From an uncultured Anaerolineae bacterium (lineage in GTDB: Bacteria; Chloroflexota; Anaerolineae; JACIWP01): a stretch of 64,000 bases of DNA. This document shows, piece after piece, positions 50,366 to 60,030 of this stretch. The notes below the pieces were generated by a model. That model searched no databases. It saw only the letters and a list, made by a program, of their open reading frames with translations, and was not told the origin of the DNA. Numbering within the stretch: the first letter of the stretch is position 1; every line of letters starts with the position of its first letter. The stretch is taken from the NCBI GenBank assembly GCA_938049385.1, contig CALIBQ010000012.1, forward strand, positions 74,131 through 138,130. The letters are read 5' to 3'. The translations under genes were made by a program, and so were the position numbers.

Positions 50366-51674
50366 AGCCTGCGGGAGAATCACCGGGGTGGCCGCCGGCA
50401 GTCTGGCCGCGCGCGCCGGCCTGCGCGCCGGCGACTGCCTGGTGGAGGTCAACGGCCTGCGGGTGCGTGATATCATTGATGTGCAGTACGCCGCCGCCGA
50501 GGAGTGGGTGGAGTTCGTGGTCTGGCGCGAGGGCCGGCTCCTGCGCAAAGAGGCGGAGCGCCGCTACGGCGAGGATATCGGCCTGCGCTTCGCGGATGAT
50601 CTCTTCGACGGCCTGCGCCAGTGCGACAATCACTGCCCCTTCTGCTTTGTCAAACAGCTCCCCGCCGGCCTGCGCCCCAGCCTCTACATCCAGGACGACG
50701 ACTACCGTCTGTCCTTCTTGCAGGGCAGTTTCATCACCCTGACCAATTTGACGGAGGAAGACTGGGAGCGGCTGGAGGAACAGCGCCTCAGCCCCTTATA
50801 CGTTTCCGTGCACGCCACACAGGAGGAAATCCGCCGGCGCCTGCTGGGCCGCCGCGACGCTCCACCGATTATGGCACAGCTCCGCCGGCTCATCGAGCTG
50901 GACATCACCGTGCACACCCAGATTGTCGTCGTGCCAGGGGTGAACGATGGGCATGTGCTGGAGCAGAGCTTGCACGACCTGGCGGGATTGTATCCCGGCG
51001 TGGCTTCCATCGGGGTGGTGCCGGTGGGGCTGACGCGCTTTGCCCGGCCGGCCCTGCGCCGGCCGACCCCGGAGGAAGCGCGGGAGGTGCTGGAGCAGGT
51101 GGAGCGCTTTCAGGAGAACTGCCGGCGCTGGTATGGGGTGGGCTTAGCGTATGCCGCGGACGAGTGGTACCTCACGGCCGGCCGGGATGTTCCGCCGGCG
51201 CAGGCATACGATGATTTCCCTCAGGTGGAGAACGGCATCGGACTGGTGCGGCTGTTCCTGGACGATTGGGCGGAGGTAAAAGCGCTCATCCGGCCGCCGG
51301 CCGGCGAACCGCCGGCGCTGTGCGGTGTCACCGGCCGGCTGTTCGCGCCCGTGCTGGCGCCCGTGCTGGAGGAATTCTCGCGGCTCACTGGTATCCCAGC
51401 GCGGCTGATGGCGGTGGAAAACGGTCTGCTGGGGGAGGCGGTGATGGTGGCCGGCCTGCTGGCCGGCGCGGATGTGGTGCAGGCCTATCGGAGCACTGGA
51501 CATGCGGCACCTTTGGTAGCCCTGCCGCGCCGCATGTTCGACGCACAGGGGGTATACACGCTAGATGACTGGACGCCGGCCCGGCTGGAGGCTGAGCTGG
51601 AGGCGCGCGTATGCCTCGTGGACTCTATGCGCGACCTGGCGAAGTGCGTGGGAGCGCTTGGATACCGCAGGTGA
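50337..51674 (+). CDS. PDZ plus radical SAM-like protein (DUF512)
   Basis: CDNHCPFC, DDDYRLSF and QVENGIG motifs. Confidence 0.85.
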   Translation: MKTFPQPAPEACGRITGVAAGSLAARAGLRAGDCLVEVNGLRVRDIIDVQYAAAEEWVEFVVWREGRLLRKEAERRYGEDIGLRFADDLFDGLRQCDNHCPFCFVKQLPAGLRPSLYIQDDDYRLSFLQGSFITLTNLTEEDWERLEEQRLSPLYVSVHATQEEIRRRLLGRRDAPPIMAQLRRLIELDITVHTQIVVVPGVNDGHVLEQSLHDLAGLYPGVASIGVVPVGLTRFARPALRRPTPEEAREVLEQVERFQENCRRWYGVGLAYAADEWYLTAGRDVPPAQAYDDFPQVENGIGLVRLFLDDWAEVKALIRPPAGEPPALCGVTGRLFAPVLAPVLEEFSRLTGIPARLMAVENGLLGEAVMVAGLLAGADVVQAYRSTGHAAPLVALPRRMFDAQGVYTLDDWTPARLEAELEARVCLVDSMRDLAKCVGALGYRR

Positions 51675-51731
51675 TAGTGCTGGAGCAAAGGAGCAAGCTC
51701 GATACAGCCAATGCCGGCTCTACATGTAGTA

Positions 51732-51784
51732 GCCCTACCCCTGGCCCATTCCCCGCATGCAGGGAAGGGGGTTCGGGGATGGAG
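51732..51784. repeat. Degenerate C-rich/G-rich palindromic intergenic repeat
   Basis: CCCTACCCCTGGCCCATTCCCCGCATGCAGGGAAGGGG resembles a widespread CCCC..TCCC/GGGA..GGGG repeat; single copy here. Confidence 0.35.
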
Positions 51785-51834
51785 CTTCTGGGCCGGATTC
51801 ACCAGCTATACTCTTCCAGCGCCCTCGCAGTCAG

Positions 51835-51980
51835 AGGGTGTTGAAAAAGCTTGACAGTTAAACCGCAGGCCTGCGCCGACTTCGAGAAGCCTGCGCAGGC
51901 AGGCTTTGCAGTCGTTGCCGTGGCTTCAGCCGCCAGGCCGCTCTTCCCCAGATTGTATGGCTGGACTTTTCCGGCACCCT
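51835..51980 (-). mobile_element. MITE copy 3 with 9-bp target-site duplication
   Basis: Ends AGGGTGTTGAAAAAG / CTTTTCCGGCACCCT; CGCAGTCAG at 51826-51834 and 51981-51989. Confidence 0.85.
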
Positions 51981-52090
51981 CGCAGTCAGCAATTTGGTCA
52001 AACGGTGCACATGGGATATAATATAGGATGCGCCGGCGGCCGGGCCGTTCGCACCGCCGGCGAGTAACGTCTGCACGAGGTTGATGACGC

Positions 52091-53188
52091 GTGGCACCAC
52101 TGTTCCCATTCACGGCCATCGTTGGCCAGGAGAAAATGAAGCGGGCGTTGATCCTCAACGCCATTAACCCGCAGATTGGCGGGGTTCTGATACGCGGGGA
52201 ACGCGGCACCGCCAAATCCACCGCGGCGCGCGCCCTGGCGGCTCTCCTGCCGGAGATCCGCGTGGTGGCGGACTGCCGCTTTAGCTGTGATCCCGATCAT
52301 CCGGAGACCTTCTGCGATGAGTGCAAGGCCAGAGCCGCCGCCGGCGAGGCCCTGCCCGTCACCACCCGCCGCATCCGCTTTGTGGATCTGCCCGTCAGCG
52401 CTACCGAGGACCGCGTCGTTGGCACATTGGACCTGGAGCGCGCTATCCAGAAAGGCGAGCGCCATTTCGAGCCGGGCGTGCTGGCCGCCGCCAACCGCGG
52501 CCTGCTCTATGTGGACGAGGTCAACTTGCTCGATGACCATGTGGTGGACCTCCTGCTGGATTCGGCGGCCATGGGCATCAACGTGGTGGAGCGGGAAGGC
52601 ATTTCCTTTTCTCACCCAGCGCGCTTTATCCTGGTGGGCACCATGAACCCGGAGGAAGGGGAACTGCGGCCCCAACTGCTGGACCGCTTTGCCCTGTGCG
52701 TGGAAATCACCGGCATCCGCGACCCGCATGACCGCGTGCTTATCATGGAGCGCTATGTGGAGTATGAGGCAGACCCCGCCGGCTTCTATCAGAAATGGCT
52801 CCCGCAGGAACAGCGCCTCTCGCGCGAGATTGACGAGGCCCGCCGGCGTCTGCCCCGGGTCACGTATACCGACGATGACCTTTACACCATTGCCAGCCTG
52901 ACCAGCTCCTTCCAGGTGGACGGCCATCGCGCCGATATCGTCATCCTGAAGACAGCCATCGCCAATGCCGCCTTTGAGGGCCGGCTCAGCGTCACCGAAC
53001 ACGATATCGCCTGCGCCGCCGAGCTGGCGCTCCCCCATCGGCTCAAGCGCCAGCCCTTCCAGGAGAGCGAGGTGGCCCAGCAGGAGCTGGAACAGCGGGT
53101 GGCGGAGATCGTCCAGCGAACCGCCGCCCGGCGCGACGACCTGGCGGTGGCCGGCGACCGCCAGCCGGCGGAAAAAAAAACGATGTAG
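52091..53188 (+). CDS. Mg/Co-chelatase AAA+ subunit (ChlI-like; N-terminal part of a frameshifted chlD)
   Basis: FPFTAIVGQ, GERGTAKS, LYVDEVNLL and MNPEEG motifs. Confidence 0.92.
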   Translation: MAPLFPFTAIVGQEKMKRALILNAINPQIGGVLIRGERGTAKSTAARALAALLPEIRVVADCRFSCDPDHPETFCDECKARAAAGEALPVTTRRIRFVDLPVSATEDRVVGTLDLERAIQKGERHFEPGVLAAANRGLLYVDEVNLLDDHVVDLLLDSAAMGINVVEREGISFSHPARFILVGTMNPEEGELRPQLLDRFALCVEITGIRDPHDRVLIMERYVEYEADPAGFYQKWLPQEQRLSREIDEARRRLPRVTYTDDDLYTIASLTSSFQVDGHRADIVILKTAIANAAFEGRLSVTEHDIACAAELALPHRLKRQPFQESEVAQQELEQRVAEIVQRTAARRDDLAVAGDRQPAEKKTM

Positions 53189-54180
53189 CCCCTGACGCAC
53201 CCGGCACACCAGGCCCGAGCGGCCATGTGCTGAAAGGGCATCGGGCGGACCCGCTCGGGCAGGGGCATTTCGGCCAGGCCGTTGTGCCGGTGAAGACGGG
53301 CGAGGTATTCAAACCCCGCCGGCTGGAATCCCCGCTGGACCGGCTGGTGCGGCGCACCGCCGGCAAACGCAGTTATACTTTGACTTCGCGCAAGCGCGGC
53401 CGCTATATTGGGAGCCGGCCGGCGAGCGGTCGGGTCACCGACCTGGCCCTCGATGCCACCATCCGCGAGGCCGCCCCCCATCAGGTGTATCGCCGGCACA
53501 TCTCTACCGCCTTCATTATTCAAAAACAGGACCTGCGCCAGAAGGTGCGCGTGCGCCGCGCCTCCAACGCCATCCTTTTCGTGGTGGACGCGAGCTGGTC
53601 CATGGCCGCCGCCAAACGCATGGAAGCCACGAAGGGCGCTATCCTCTCCCTGCTCATTGACGCCTACCAGCGCCGCGATTACGTGGGCCTGGTCGTCTTC
53701 CAGAAGGAGCGGGCGCGGCTGGTCCTGCCGCTGACCAACAGCGTGGAGCTGGCCCAGAAGGCGTTGAAGGACATTCCCGTCGGCGGCAAGACGCCTTTAT
53801 CCAGCGCCCTCCTGCTGGCGTACCGCGTGCTGATGCGGGAGAAGCGCCGGCATCCGGAGACTATGCCCATGATGATCCTGCTGACAGACGGCGCCGGCAA
53901 CGTCTCCCTCACCGACATCCCGGCGCAGGAAGAGGCCCTCATGCTGGCCCGCTATATCCGGCACAGCCCCATCCATTCGGTGGTGATTAACATGGAACAT
54001 ACGGCATTCGATCGCGGCCTGGCACAGGAGCTGGCGGATGCCTTGAACGCCCCTTGCTACTGCTTGCACGAGCTGAAGGCCTCCGACCTGTACGCCACCG
54101 TGCGCCGCGAGATCGAACAGAAGCAACCGCATGCCCAGGGAACGCCCCATGCCGGCACAACAAACACCTGCTCTGCCTAA
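53173..54180 (+). CDS. chlD: vWA C-terminal part of chelatase subunit D, reached by -1 frameshift
   Basis: -1 frame open from the A9 run (53172-53180); DATIR.AAP, VDASWSM MIDAS, GKTPL and LTDG motifs. Confidence 0.85.
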   Translation, partial: KKNDVAPDAPGTPGPSGHVLKGHRADPLGQGHFGQAVVPVKTGEVFKPRRLESPLDRLVRRTAGKRSYTLTSRKRGRYIGSRPASGRVTDLALDATIREAAPHQVYRRHISTAFIIQKQDLRQKVRVRRASNAILFVVDASWSMAAAKRMEATKGAILSLLIDAYQRRDYVGLVVFQKERARLVLPLTNSVELAQKALKDIPVGGKTPLSSALLLAYRVLMREKRRHPETMPMMILLTDGAGNVSLTDIPAQEEALMLARYIRHSPIHSVVINMEHTAFDRGLAQELADALNAPCYCLHELKASDLYATVRREIEQKQPHAQGTPHAGTTNTCSA

Positions 54181-55093
54181 ACAGCTCATCGCTGATTGCG
54201 CGCTCCTGCTGGTTACCGCGATCTGGGGCGCGACCTTCGTCATGGTCAAAGGAGCGGTACAGGCTTTCCCGGTGTTCGCCTTCCTGAGCATCCGCTTCGC
54301 CCTGGCCCTGCTGTTCCTACTGCCGGCACTGCTGTGGCGCTGGCGCGCCGGCCGGCAGTCCTGGCATCGGCCGACGCTCCGGGCAGGCATGCTGGTGGGG
54401 CTGGCCCTCTTCGCCGGCTACGCGTTCCAGACCTTCGGCCTGCAGTACACCACGCCGGCCAAGGCCGGCTTTATCACCGGCCTCTCGGTAGTTATGGTGC
54501 CGCTCTTCTCCGCCGCGCTCCTGCGGCAGGCCCCCGACCGCGCCGCCGTCGCCGGCGTCATCATGGCCACCGCCGGCTTGGCCCTGCTCACCTGGCAGGG
54601 CGAGCTGACAGTGGTGCTGGGGGACATCCTGGTGCTGGCCTGTGCGCTGTCCTTCGCCATGCATATTATCGCGCTGGGAGCATTTTCCCCGCGCATGGAC
54701 AGCCTGACCCTGCTGGCCGTACAGATTGCCACCGTCATGATCCTCAGCCTGGGGATTTCCCTGCTGACCGAATGGCCCTGGCCGGCCCTGCCGGCGGAGG
54801 TGCTGGGCGCGGCGGCCTTCACCGGCGTGGCCGCCACGACGGTGGCCTTCGGCATTCAGACAGCGGCCCAGCGCTTCACCTCCCCGACCCATACGGCGCT
54901 GATATTTGCGATGGAGCCGGTCTGGGCAGGGCTGTTCAGCTTCTGGCTGATCGGTGAGCGTTTGGGAGCGCGTGCCCTCGCCGGCGCCGGCCTCATCCTA
55001 GCCGGCATGCTGGTGGCGGAGCTGATGCCGGCACTCCTGGCGGCCAGGCGCCGGCAAGGCCGCTTCTCCTCAGGGGAGCGGTGCGCGGGATAA
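54131..55093 (+). CDS. DMT/EamA family transporter
   Basis: IWGATF and FQTFGLQYT motifs; ~10 TM segments. Confidence 0.9.
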   Translation: MPRERPMPAQQTPALPKQLIADCALLLVTAIWGATFVMVKGAVQAFPVFAFLSIRFALALLFLLPALLWRWRAGRQSWHRPTLRAGMLVGLALFAGYAFQTFGLQYTTPAKAGFITGLSVVMVPLFSAALLRQAPDRAAVAGVIMATAGLALLTWQGELTVVLGDILVLACALSFAMHIIALGAFSPRMDSLTLLAVQIATVMILSLGISLLTEWPWPALPAEVLGAAAFTGVAATTVAFGIQTAAQRFTSPTHTALIFAMEPVWAGLFSFWLIGERLGARALAGAGLILAGMLVAELMPALLAARRRQGRFSSGERCAG

Positions 55094-55136
55094 CGGAAAC
55101 GCTTGACCCGATTTCTCATCTCATAAGGAGCGAGGA

Positions 55137-56306
55137 ATGTCCCAATCTACGGCAAGTTCATACCAAGAACTGATGAATCAAGCGGTTCAATACCTCCGAG
55201 CGAGAGAATATGACAAAGCGGTTGAGATGCTGGACAGGATCAGCAAAAGCCTCAACCGGCTGAGCTACGAGGCACTGCGCAAGCGGCCAGACCTATGGGC
55301 ACTCTTCGTCATGGCCTGCACAGAGGGTTTGCAGATTGCGGGGGAACACGGCCTGGTGGAACGGGTGCGCTCCTTTCGAGACCGCATTCAACGGGTCATG
55401 CCGGCGGAGGACCGCGTTACCCAGCTTGTACTGGCCTTCGCTGAGGTATATTTGGGGGAAATGGATGAGGCCAGGAAACATATTGCCGGCCTGGTGGATG
55501 CCCCCGACTTGACGTTCGGACAGCGCCTTGAGCTGGCCGGCTTTGCGCTGAAGGCTTTCTCGCCGGAGCTGGCACTGCAGGTGCTGGAACATGCGGTGAT
55601 GCCGGCACTGCCGCAGGAAGACGATCCCCAGAGAGAAGAGATAGAGTGGAATATCATCCGCTACTGGAGGACCTATATCGAGGCCCTGCTCCAGGCCGGC
55701 CGGCTGGACGAGATTGATGAACCCCTTCGCCAGTTGGAGAAAATCGCGCCCCGCCGCATCCCCTATCCCTTTATCACCCATGCCTTTTTGAAGCGGAAAG
55801 ATTATGCTCGGGCGATCGAGTACGCGGACCGCACGCCGGAGCTGGCCGGCCGAGGTCTGCTCCGGGGATTGGTGGCCGCCGACCAGGGCAAAATGGATTG
55901 GGCGCGGGACGAGTGGTGGCGGGTGGTGCGCGAGCCGCTGGACGTCAAGGGCGAACGGCTGAATTTCGATGCCTGGATGGAGTGTGCCCTGCGCATGGAT
56001 GACCAGGAAAAGATGGCGTCGGCGCTGGAGGCCGGCACGCCGGCACTGGAAGACGCGGCCTGGTTCCGCCTGTATCGGTCCCTGTATCGAGCCAAGCAGG
56101 GCGAACCAGCGGAGGCCTTACCGCTCTTCCGGGAGGCGTTCCGGGACATGCTCGATATGACGGATGTGCCGGTCGCCAGGGAATGGGTGATTTGGCATAT
56201 CTCCGGCCTGGTGGAACAGGTCCTGCCCGAGGATGTCCGCGGCGATTTCCTGACGGCTGTACAGGAAGTGGGGGGTACACTGCCGGCCGAACCGCAGGAG
56301 GCGTGA
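55137..56306 (+). CDS. Hypothetical helical-repeat (TPR-like) protein
   Basis: TAAGGAG SD; long ORF with amphipathic helical pattern. Confidence 0.6.
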   Translation: MSQSTASSYQELMNQAVQYLRAREYDKAVEMLDRISKSLNRLSYEALRKRPDLWALFVMACTEGLQIAGEHGLVERVRSFRDRIQRVMPAEDRVTQLVLAFAEVYLGEMDEARKHIAGLVDAPDLTFGQRLELAGFALKAFSPELALQVLEHAVMPALPQEDDPQREEIEWNIIRYWRTYIEALLQAGRLDEIDEPLRQLEKIAPRRIPYPFITHAFLKRKDYARAIEYADRTPELAGRGLLRGLVAADQGKMDWARDEWWRVVREPLDVKGERLNFDAWMECALRMDDQEKMASALEAGTPALEDAAWFRLYRSLYRAKQGEPAEALPLFREAFRDMLDMTDVPVAREWVIWHISGLVEQVLPEDVRGDFLTAVQEVGGTLPAEPQEA

Positions 56307-56313
56307 GAGGGCT

Positions 56314-56751
56314 ATGCGGGCAGTCGTACAGCGGGTGGTGCGCTCATCGGTAAGCGTGGACGGAAGGGTGGTCGGGCAGATCGGCAGGGGTCTGAATGTG
56401 CTCATCGGCGTGCGCCAGGGCGATACCGAGGAACAGGCGCGCTGGCTGGCCCACAAGATCGCCGGCCTGCGCATCTTCGAGGACGAACAGGGCAAGATGA
56501 ACCTCTCCGTGCGAGACGTGGGCGGCGAGGCGCTGGTCATCTCGCAGTTCACCCTGTACGGCGACGCGCGCAAGGGCTTCCGCCCGAGCTTCGTGGATGC
56601 CGCGCCGCCGGAAATCGCTTCGCCGCTTATTGACCGCTTCGTGGAATTTCTGCGCGAGGAAGGGGTCCCTGTCCAGACCGGTGTGTTCCAGGCGATGATG
56701 CTGGTGGAAATTCTCAATGACGGTCCGGTAACGATTATTCTGGAGAGGTGA
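56314..56751 (+). CDS. dtd: D-aminoacyl-tRNA deacylase
   Basis: [13 protein letters not shown] and NDGPVT motifs. Confidence 0.96.
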   Translation: MRAVVQRVVRSSVSVDGRVVGQIGRGLNVLIGVRQGDTEEQARWLAHKIAGLRIFEDEQGKMNLSVRDVGGEALVISQFTLYGDARKGFRPSFVDAAPPEIASPLIDRFVEFLREEGVPVQTGVFQAMMLVEILNDGPVTIILER

Positions 56752-56754
56752 ACC

Positions 56755-57591
56755 ATGATCACTCAGGAACGGACGTTCGAGGGTGCGAAGGGTTTGCGCA
56801 TTTTCTACCGGTATTGGGCGCCGGAGGGCCGGCCGCCCCGGGCCATCATCCTGCTGATTCACGGGTATGCAGAACACGCCGGCCGCTATCTTGCCCTGGC
56901 CGAGTACCTCACCGGGAGAGGCTACGGCATCTATGCCCCCGACCTGCGCTCTCATGGCCGCTCCCAGGGGGAGAAGGCGCTCATTGACAGCATGGATTAC
57001 ATGCTGGAGGACCTGCGCGCACTGCTGGATATCGCCCAAGCGGAGCATCCCGGCCTAAAGACCTTCGTCATCGGCCATTCTATGGGCGGCTTGCTGGCGG
57101 TATGCTTCACCATCCTGCACCAGAGCCGGCTCGCCGGCGTGGTGCTGTCCGGCGCCGGGCTGATGCCGGGGGCCGGCGTGTCCCCGTTGCTCAAACTCGT
57201 CAGCCGGCTCCTGGGTACCCTGTCCCCGCGCATGCCCCTCCAGGAACTGGACAGCGCCTGGCTCTCTCATGACCCCAACATTGCCCGTGACTACGACACC
57301 GCCCCGTTGAATTATCGGGGGAAAGTGATGGCCCGCACCGCCGCGGAGATGCTGCGCAAAGCCGATTGGGCGCTCCCGCGGGTGTCGGAAATCCGCATCC
57401 CCCTGCTGTGCCTGCACGGCGGGGAGGACAAGCTGGTCAGCCCGGAAGCCGGCCGCTACGTTTACGAACATGCCGGCTCAAGCGACAAGACATTGCGCAT
57501 CTTTGACGGCCTCTATCACGAGGTCTTCAACGAGATCGGCAAAGAGGGAATCTACGCGCTGGTCGCCGACTGGCTGGATGCGCGATGCTGA
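56755..57591 (+). CDS. Alpha/beta hydrolase (lysophospholipase/monoacylglycerol lipase)
   Basis: HGYAEH, GHSMGG and HE motifs. Confidence 0.9.
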   Translation: MITQERTFEGAKGLRIFYRYWAPEGRPPRAIILLIHGYAEHAGRYLALAEYLTGRGYGIYAPDLRSHGRSQGEKALIDSMDYMLEDLRALLDIAQAEHPGLKTFVIGHSMGGLLAVCFTILHQSRLAGVVLSGAGLMPGAGVSPLLKLVSRLLGTLSPRMPLQELDSAWLSHDPNIARDYDTAPLNYRGKVMARTAAEMLRKADWALPRVSEIRIPLLCLHGGEDKLVSPEAGRYVYEHAGSSDKTLRIFDGLYHEVFNEIGKEGIYALVADWLDARC

Positions 57592-57597
57592 TGCGGT

Positions 57598-57632
57598 CAG
57601 GTGACAGTCACCTCATCGGTGACTGTCACCTG
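57598..57632. terminator. Hairpin between convergent genes (nested palindrome)
   Basis: CAGGTGACAGTCACC-TCATC-GGTGACTGTCACCTG. Confidence 0.65.
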
Positions 57633-57635
57633 CAG

Positions 57636-59870
57636 TTACCGGCTGTTCACTAGTTCGCGAAGCTGTTCCAACCAGTGCAGGAAGGGATTGCGAGGCACGG
57701 CCGGCTTCACTGCCGGCAGTTGCTCCGAAACAACATCCCCGCCTGGCTGAGAAACCACCTGAAACGCCTTTCCGCCCACCACGAAGATGACGTCCTGCCC
57801 CAGGGCCAGGTACGCCGCGCATTCCGGGTACTGCTCCAGGAGCTGGAAATAGGCCGGCGAGGCGAACGCCACCTTCACAGCCGTCATCCGGGATGGGTCA
57901 TAGCGGGTATCGGTCCAGACCCCCTGCCGCAGGATGAACGCCTTATCGCCCACATATCGCACCTCTGCCGGCGCCGCCTGCACCACCTGCTCCACACCCC
58001 GCAGGGCCTGCACGGCCATGCTTTTCTCCACCGCGCCGGCGCCTACCGCCGGCTCCGGCGCCATCAGGCGCAGTTCGTCCTGCGCAATTTGCGCACGCCC
58101 CTCTTCTGTCAGCACATATTCCGGCTCTTCCACCAGGAAAGCGGTATAGGGCGTGATAATGCCGTAGCGCACGCTCAGGTCAATGAGTTCCTCCACCAGT
58201 TCGCGGTTCTCCCCATGCAGGCGAATCTGGTCCAGCAAGTAGCCGACCTTGCGCGTGGCCCACAGCCGCGCAACGAACGCCGGCCCGCCGGCGTCGGTGA
58301 ACCGCAGACCCTCGTACACGTATTCCTCCAGCCGGCCGTTCACCTCCCCGCGCAGGGTGATGGTGGTTGTCCCGCCGGCACGATAGCGGCCGGCGACCAC
58401 CAACTGCGAGCCGAGGAAGATATCCGGTAGTGGGTCGGGATACAGCTCCATCACGTGCAGGTCCCCGAAGTCCAGCGCCGGCGCGACCAGCAGAGGGGCG
58501 TTAATCTTGGCGTACAGCGCGGAGACCTTCTCGTCAATGCGCTCCTCCGGCAGGACATAGGTGGCGACCCCGCCGTGCCGTTGGGTGATGGTGTCCAGGA
58601 GCAGGGTGTTGACGTCATAGCCGACGCCGAAGGCGAAGATGCGCGCCTGTTTGCCGGCCGCCTCGTCCACCGCCTGGATGATGCGGTCAATGTCGGTTAC
58701 CCCCTCAGTGGGCAGGCCGTCGGTCAGGAACAGCACCACGAAGGGCCGGCGGGTATCCTCTGCCAGCGCCAGCGCCTCCAGCAGGGCACGGTGGATGTTC
58801 GTTCCGCCGGCGGCTCGCAGTCCCTCGACGTAGCGTACAGCCTCTGACGCCTTGCCCGCCGGCTCCAGCCGGCGGGAGAAGCTGCGCACGCCGGTGCTGA
58901 AATCAATGATGTTGAAGCGGTCCTCGGACCGCAACTGCTCCAGGATGTAGCGCGCCGCGGCCTTGGCCTGTTCGATCTTCTGACCCTGCATACTGCTGGA
59001 GGTATCCAGCACCAGCACCACATCGCGCGGGACGATTTCCTCCTGGGGCCGGCGGTCGTCCGGCGTGATGAAGAGGAGGAAGAAGCCGTCCTCGCCGGCC
59101 GGCCGATAGCTGATGAGATTCACGGCGAACGGGTCATCGGCCGTGCTGAAGTAAAGGGCAAAATCCTGGTTCGGCAGGACGTTGTTCGCCTCGTAGCCGA
59201 TGCGCGCACGCCGCTCGTCGAGACGCTCGACGGCCACCTCGTGGCTGGGAGAATATACCGCCCGCAGGGGGGCGTCCGTCGAAAGCTCCACCGCGATGCT
59301 CACGCTCTGAATGGGGCGGGCGGAGAAGCGCTCCGTGTCCAGTGGGTAGACGTACTGGTACAGGCCGTTTTCCCGGCGCAGGGTCTGGGTGTAGGAGATT
59401 TGCACGCGGCGCTCGCCGCCGGCGGGGATGGGGAAAATGCGCGCCTGGAACGCGCCGCGCCCTACGTACTCCAGCAGGGCAGGGTCGCGCTGCCGGCGCA
59501 CGATTTCCTCATAGATGCGCCGCGCCTCCTCCCGGTCCAACAGCTTCCCTTCCAGCCGCTGGCCGTCCACGATGAGGTCGAACTGCGAGATGGCGGCGTC
59601 CTCCGGCAGGGGGAAGACGTAGGTGCCCTCAACCGGGAAGCGGGACTCATTGACGAAGACCTGGTCCACTTTGGTCTCCGCCACCATGCCTTCAATGTGC
59701 ACTTCCACATGATGGTAGCGGATGGTCAGTGCCGGCGGCTCCGGGATAGGCGGTATAATGGGCGGCGGGTCCGGGATAATGATGCCGTCGGCCAGGGCCG
59801 GCGGAGCCAGCATCAGACATAGCACCAGCGCCATGCATCCGATCAGCCAGCGGCGCATTATGCGCTTCAT
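57636..59870 (-). CDS. Secreted VIT plus vWA domain protein (inter-alpha-trypsin inhibitor-like)
   Basis: Signal peptide ALA-D; VIT (EGTYVFPLP); DTSSSM MIDAS; FLTDG; TPYTAFLV. Confidence 0.88.
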   Translation of the reverse strand: MKRIMRRWLIGCMALVLCLMLAPPALADGIIIPDPPPIIPPIPEPPALTIRYHHVEVHIEGMVAETKVDQVFVNESRFPVEGTYVFPLPEDAAISQFDLIVDGQRLEGKLLDREEARRIYEEIVRRQRDPALLEYVGRGAFQARIFPIPAGGERRVQISYTQTLRRENGLYQYVYPLDTERFSARPIQSVSIAVELSTDAPLRAVYSPSHEVAVERLDERRARIGYEANNVLPNQDFALYFSTADDPFAVNLISYRPAGEDGFFLLFITPDDRRPQEEIVPRDVVLVLDTSSSMQGQKIEQAKAAARYILEQLRSEDRFNIIDFSTGVRSFSRRLEPAGKASEAVRYVEGLRAAGGTNIHRALLEALALAEDTRRPFVVLFLTDGLPTEGVTDIDRIIQAVDEAAGKQARIFAFGVGYDVNTLLLDTITQRHGGVATYVLPEERIDEKVSALYAKINAPLLVAPALDFGDLHVMELYPDPLPDIFLGSQLVVAGRYRAGGTTTITLRGEVNGRLEEYVYEGLRFTDAGGPAFVARLWATRKVGYLLDQIRLHGENRELVEELIDLSVRYGIITPYTAFLVEEPEYVLTEEGRAQIAQDELRLMAPEPAVGAGAVEKSMAVQALRGVEQVVQAAPAEVRYVGDKAFILRQGVWTDTRYDPSRMTAVKVAFASPAYFQLLEQYPECAAYLALGQDVIFVVGGKAFQVVSQPGGDVVSEQLPAVKPAVPRNPFLHWLEQLRELVNSR

Positions 59871-60030
59871 CTCTCTCCTCCGTCACCTCGTAAAAGGCTA
59901 TCGGCGCGTTTCTGCATATCAGACGCCGGCAAATTGCGCTTCGTTCCCCGAAACCGGCCGACGCGAACGCATTTCGCCCCGCAGAAGTTTCGTGGTAGAA
60001 TAGCACCAGCTACTGCACGGAGAGAACGCC

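Noticed and set aside
59871-60030. Moco/tungsten riboswitch upstream of the AOR gene
   Set aside because: No consensus motifs seen; a TGGTAGAAT -10 lies close to the start, leaving no room
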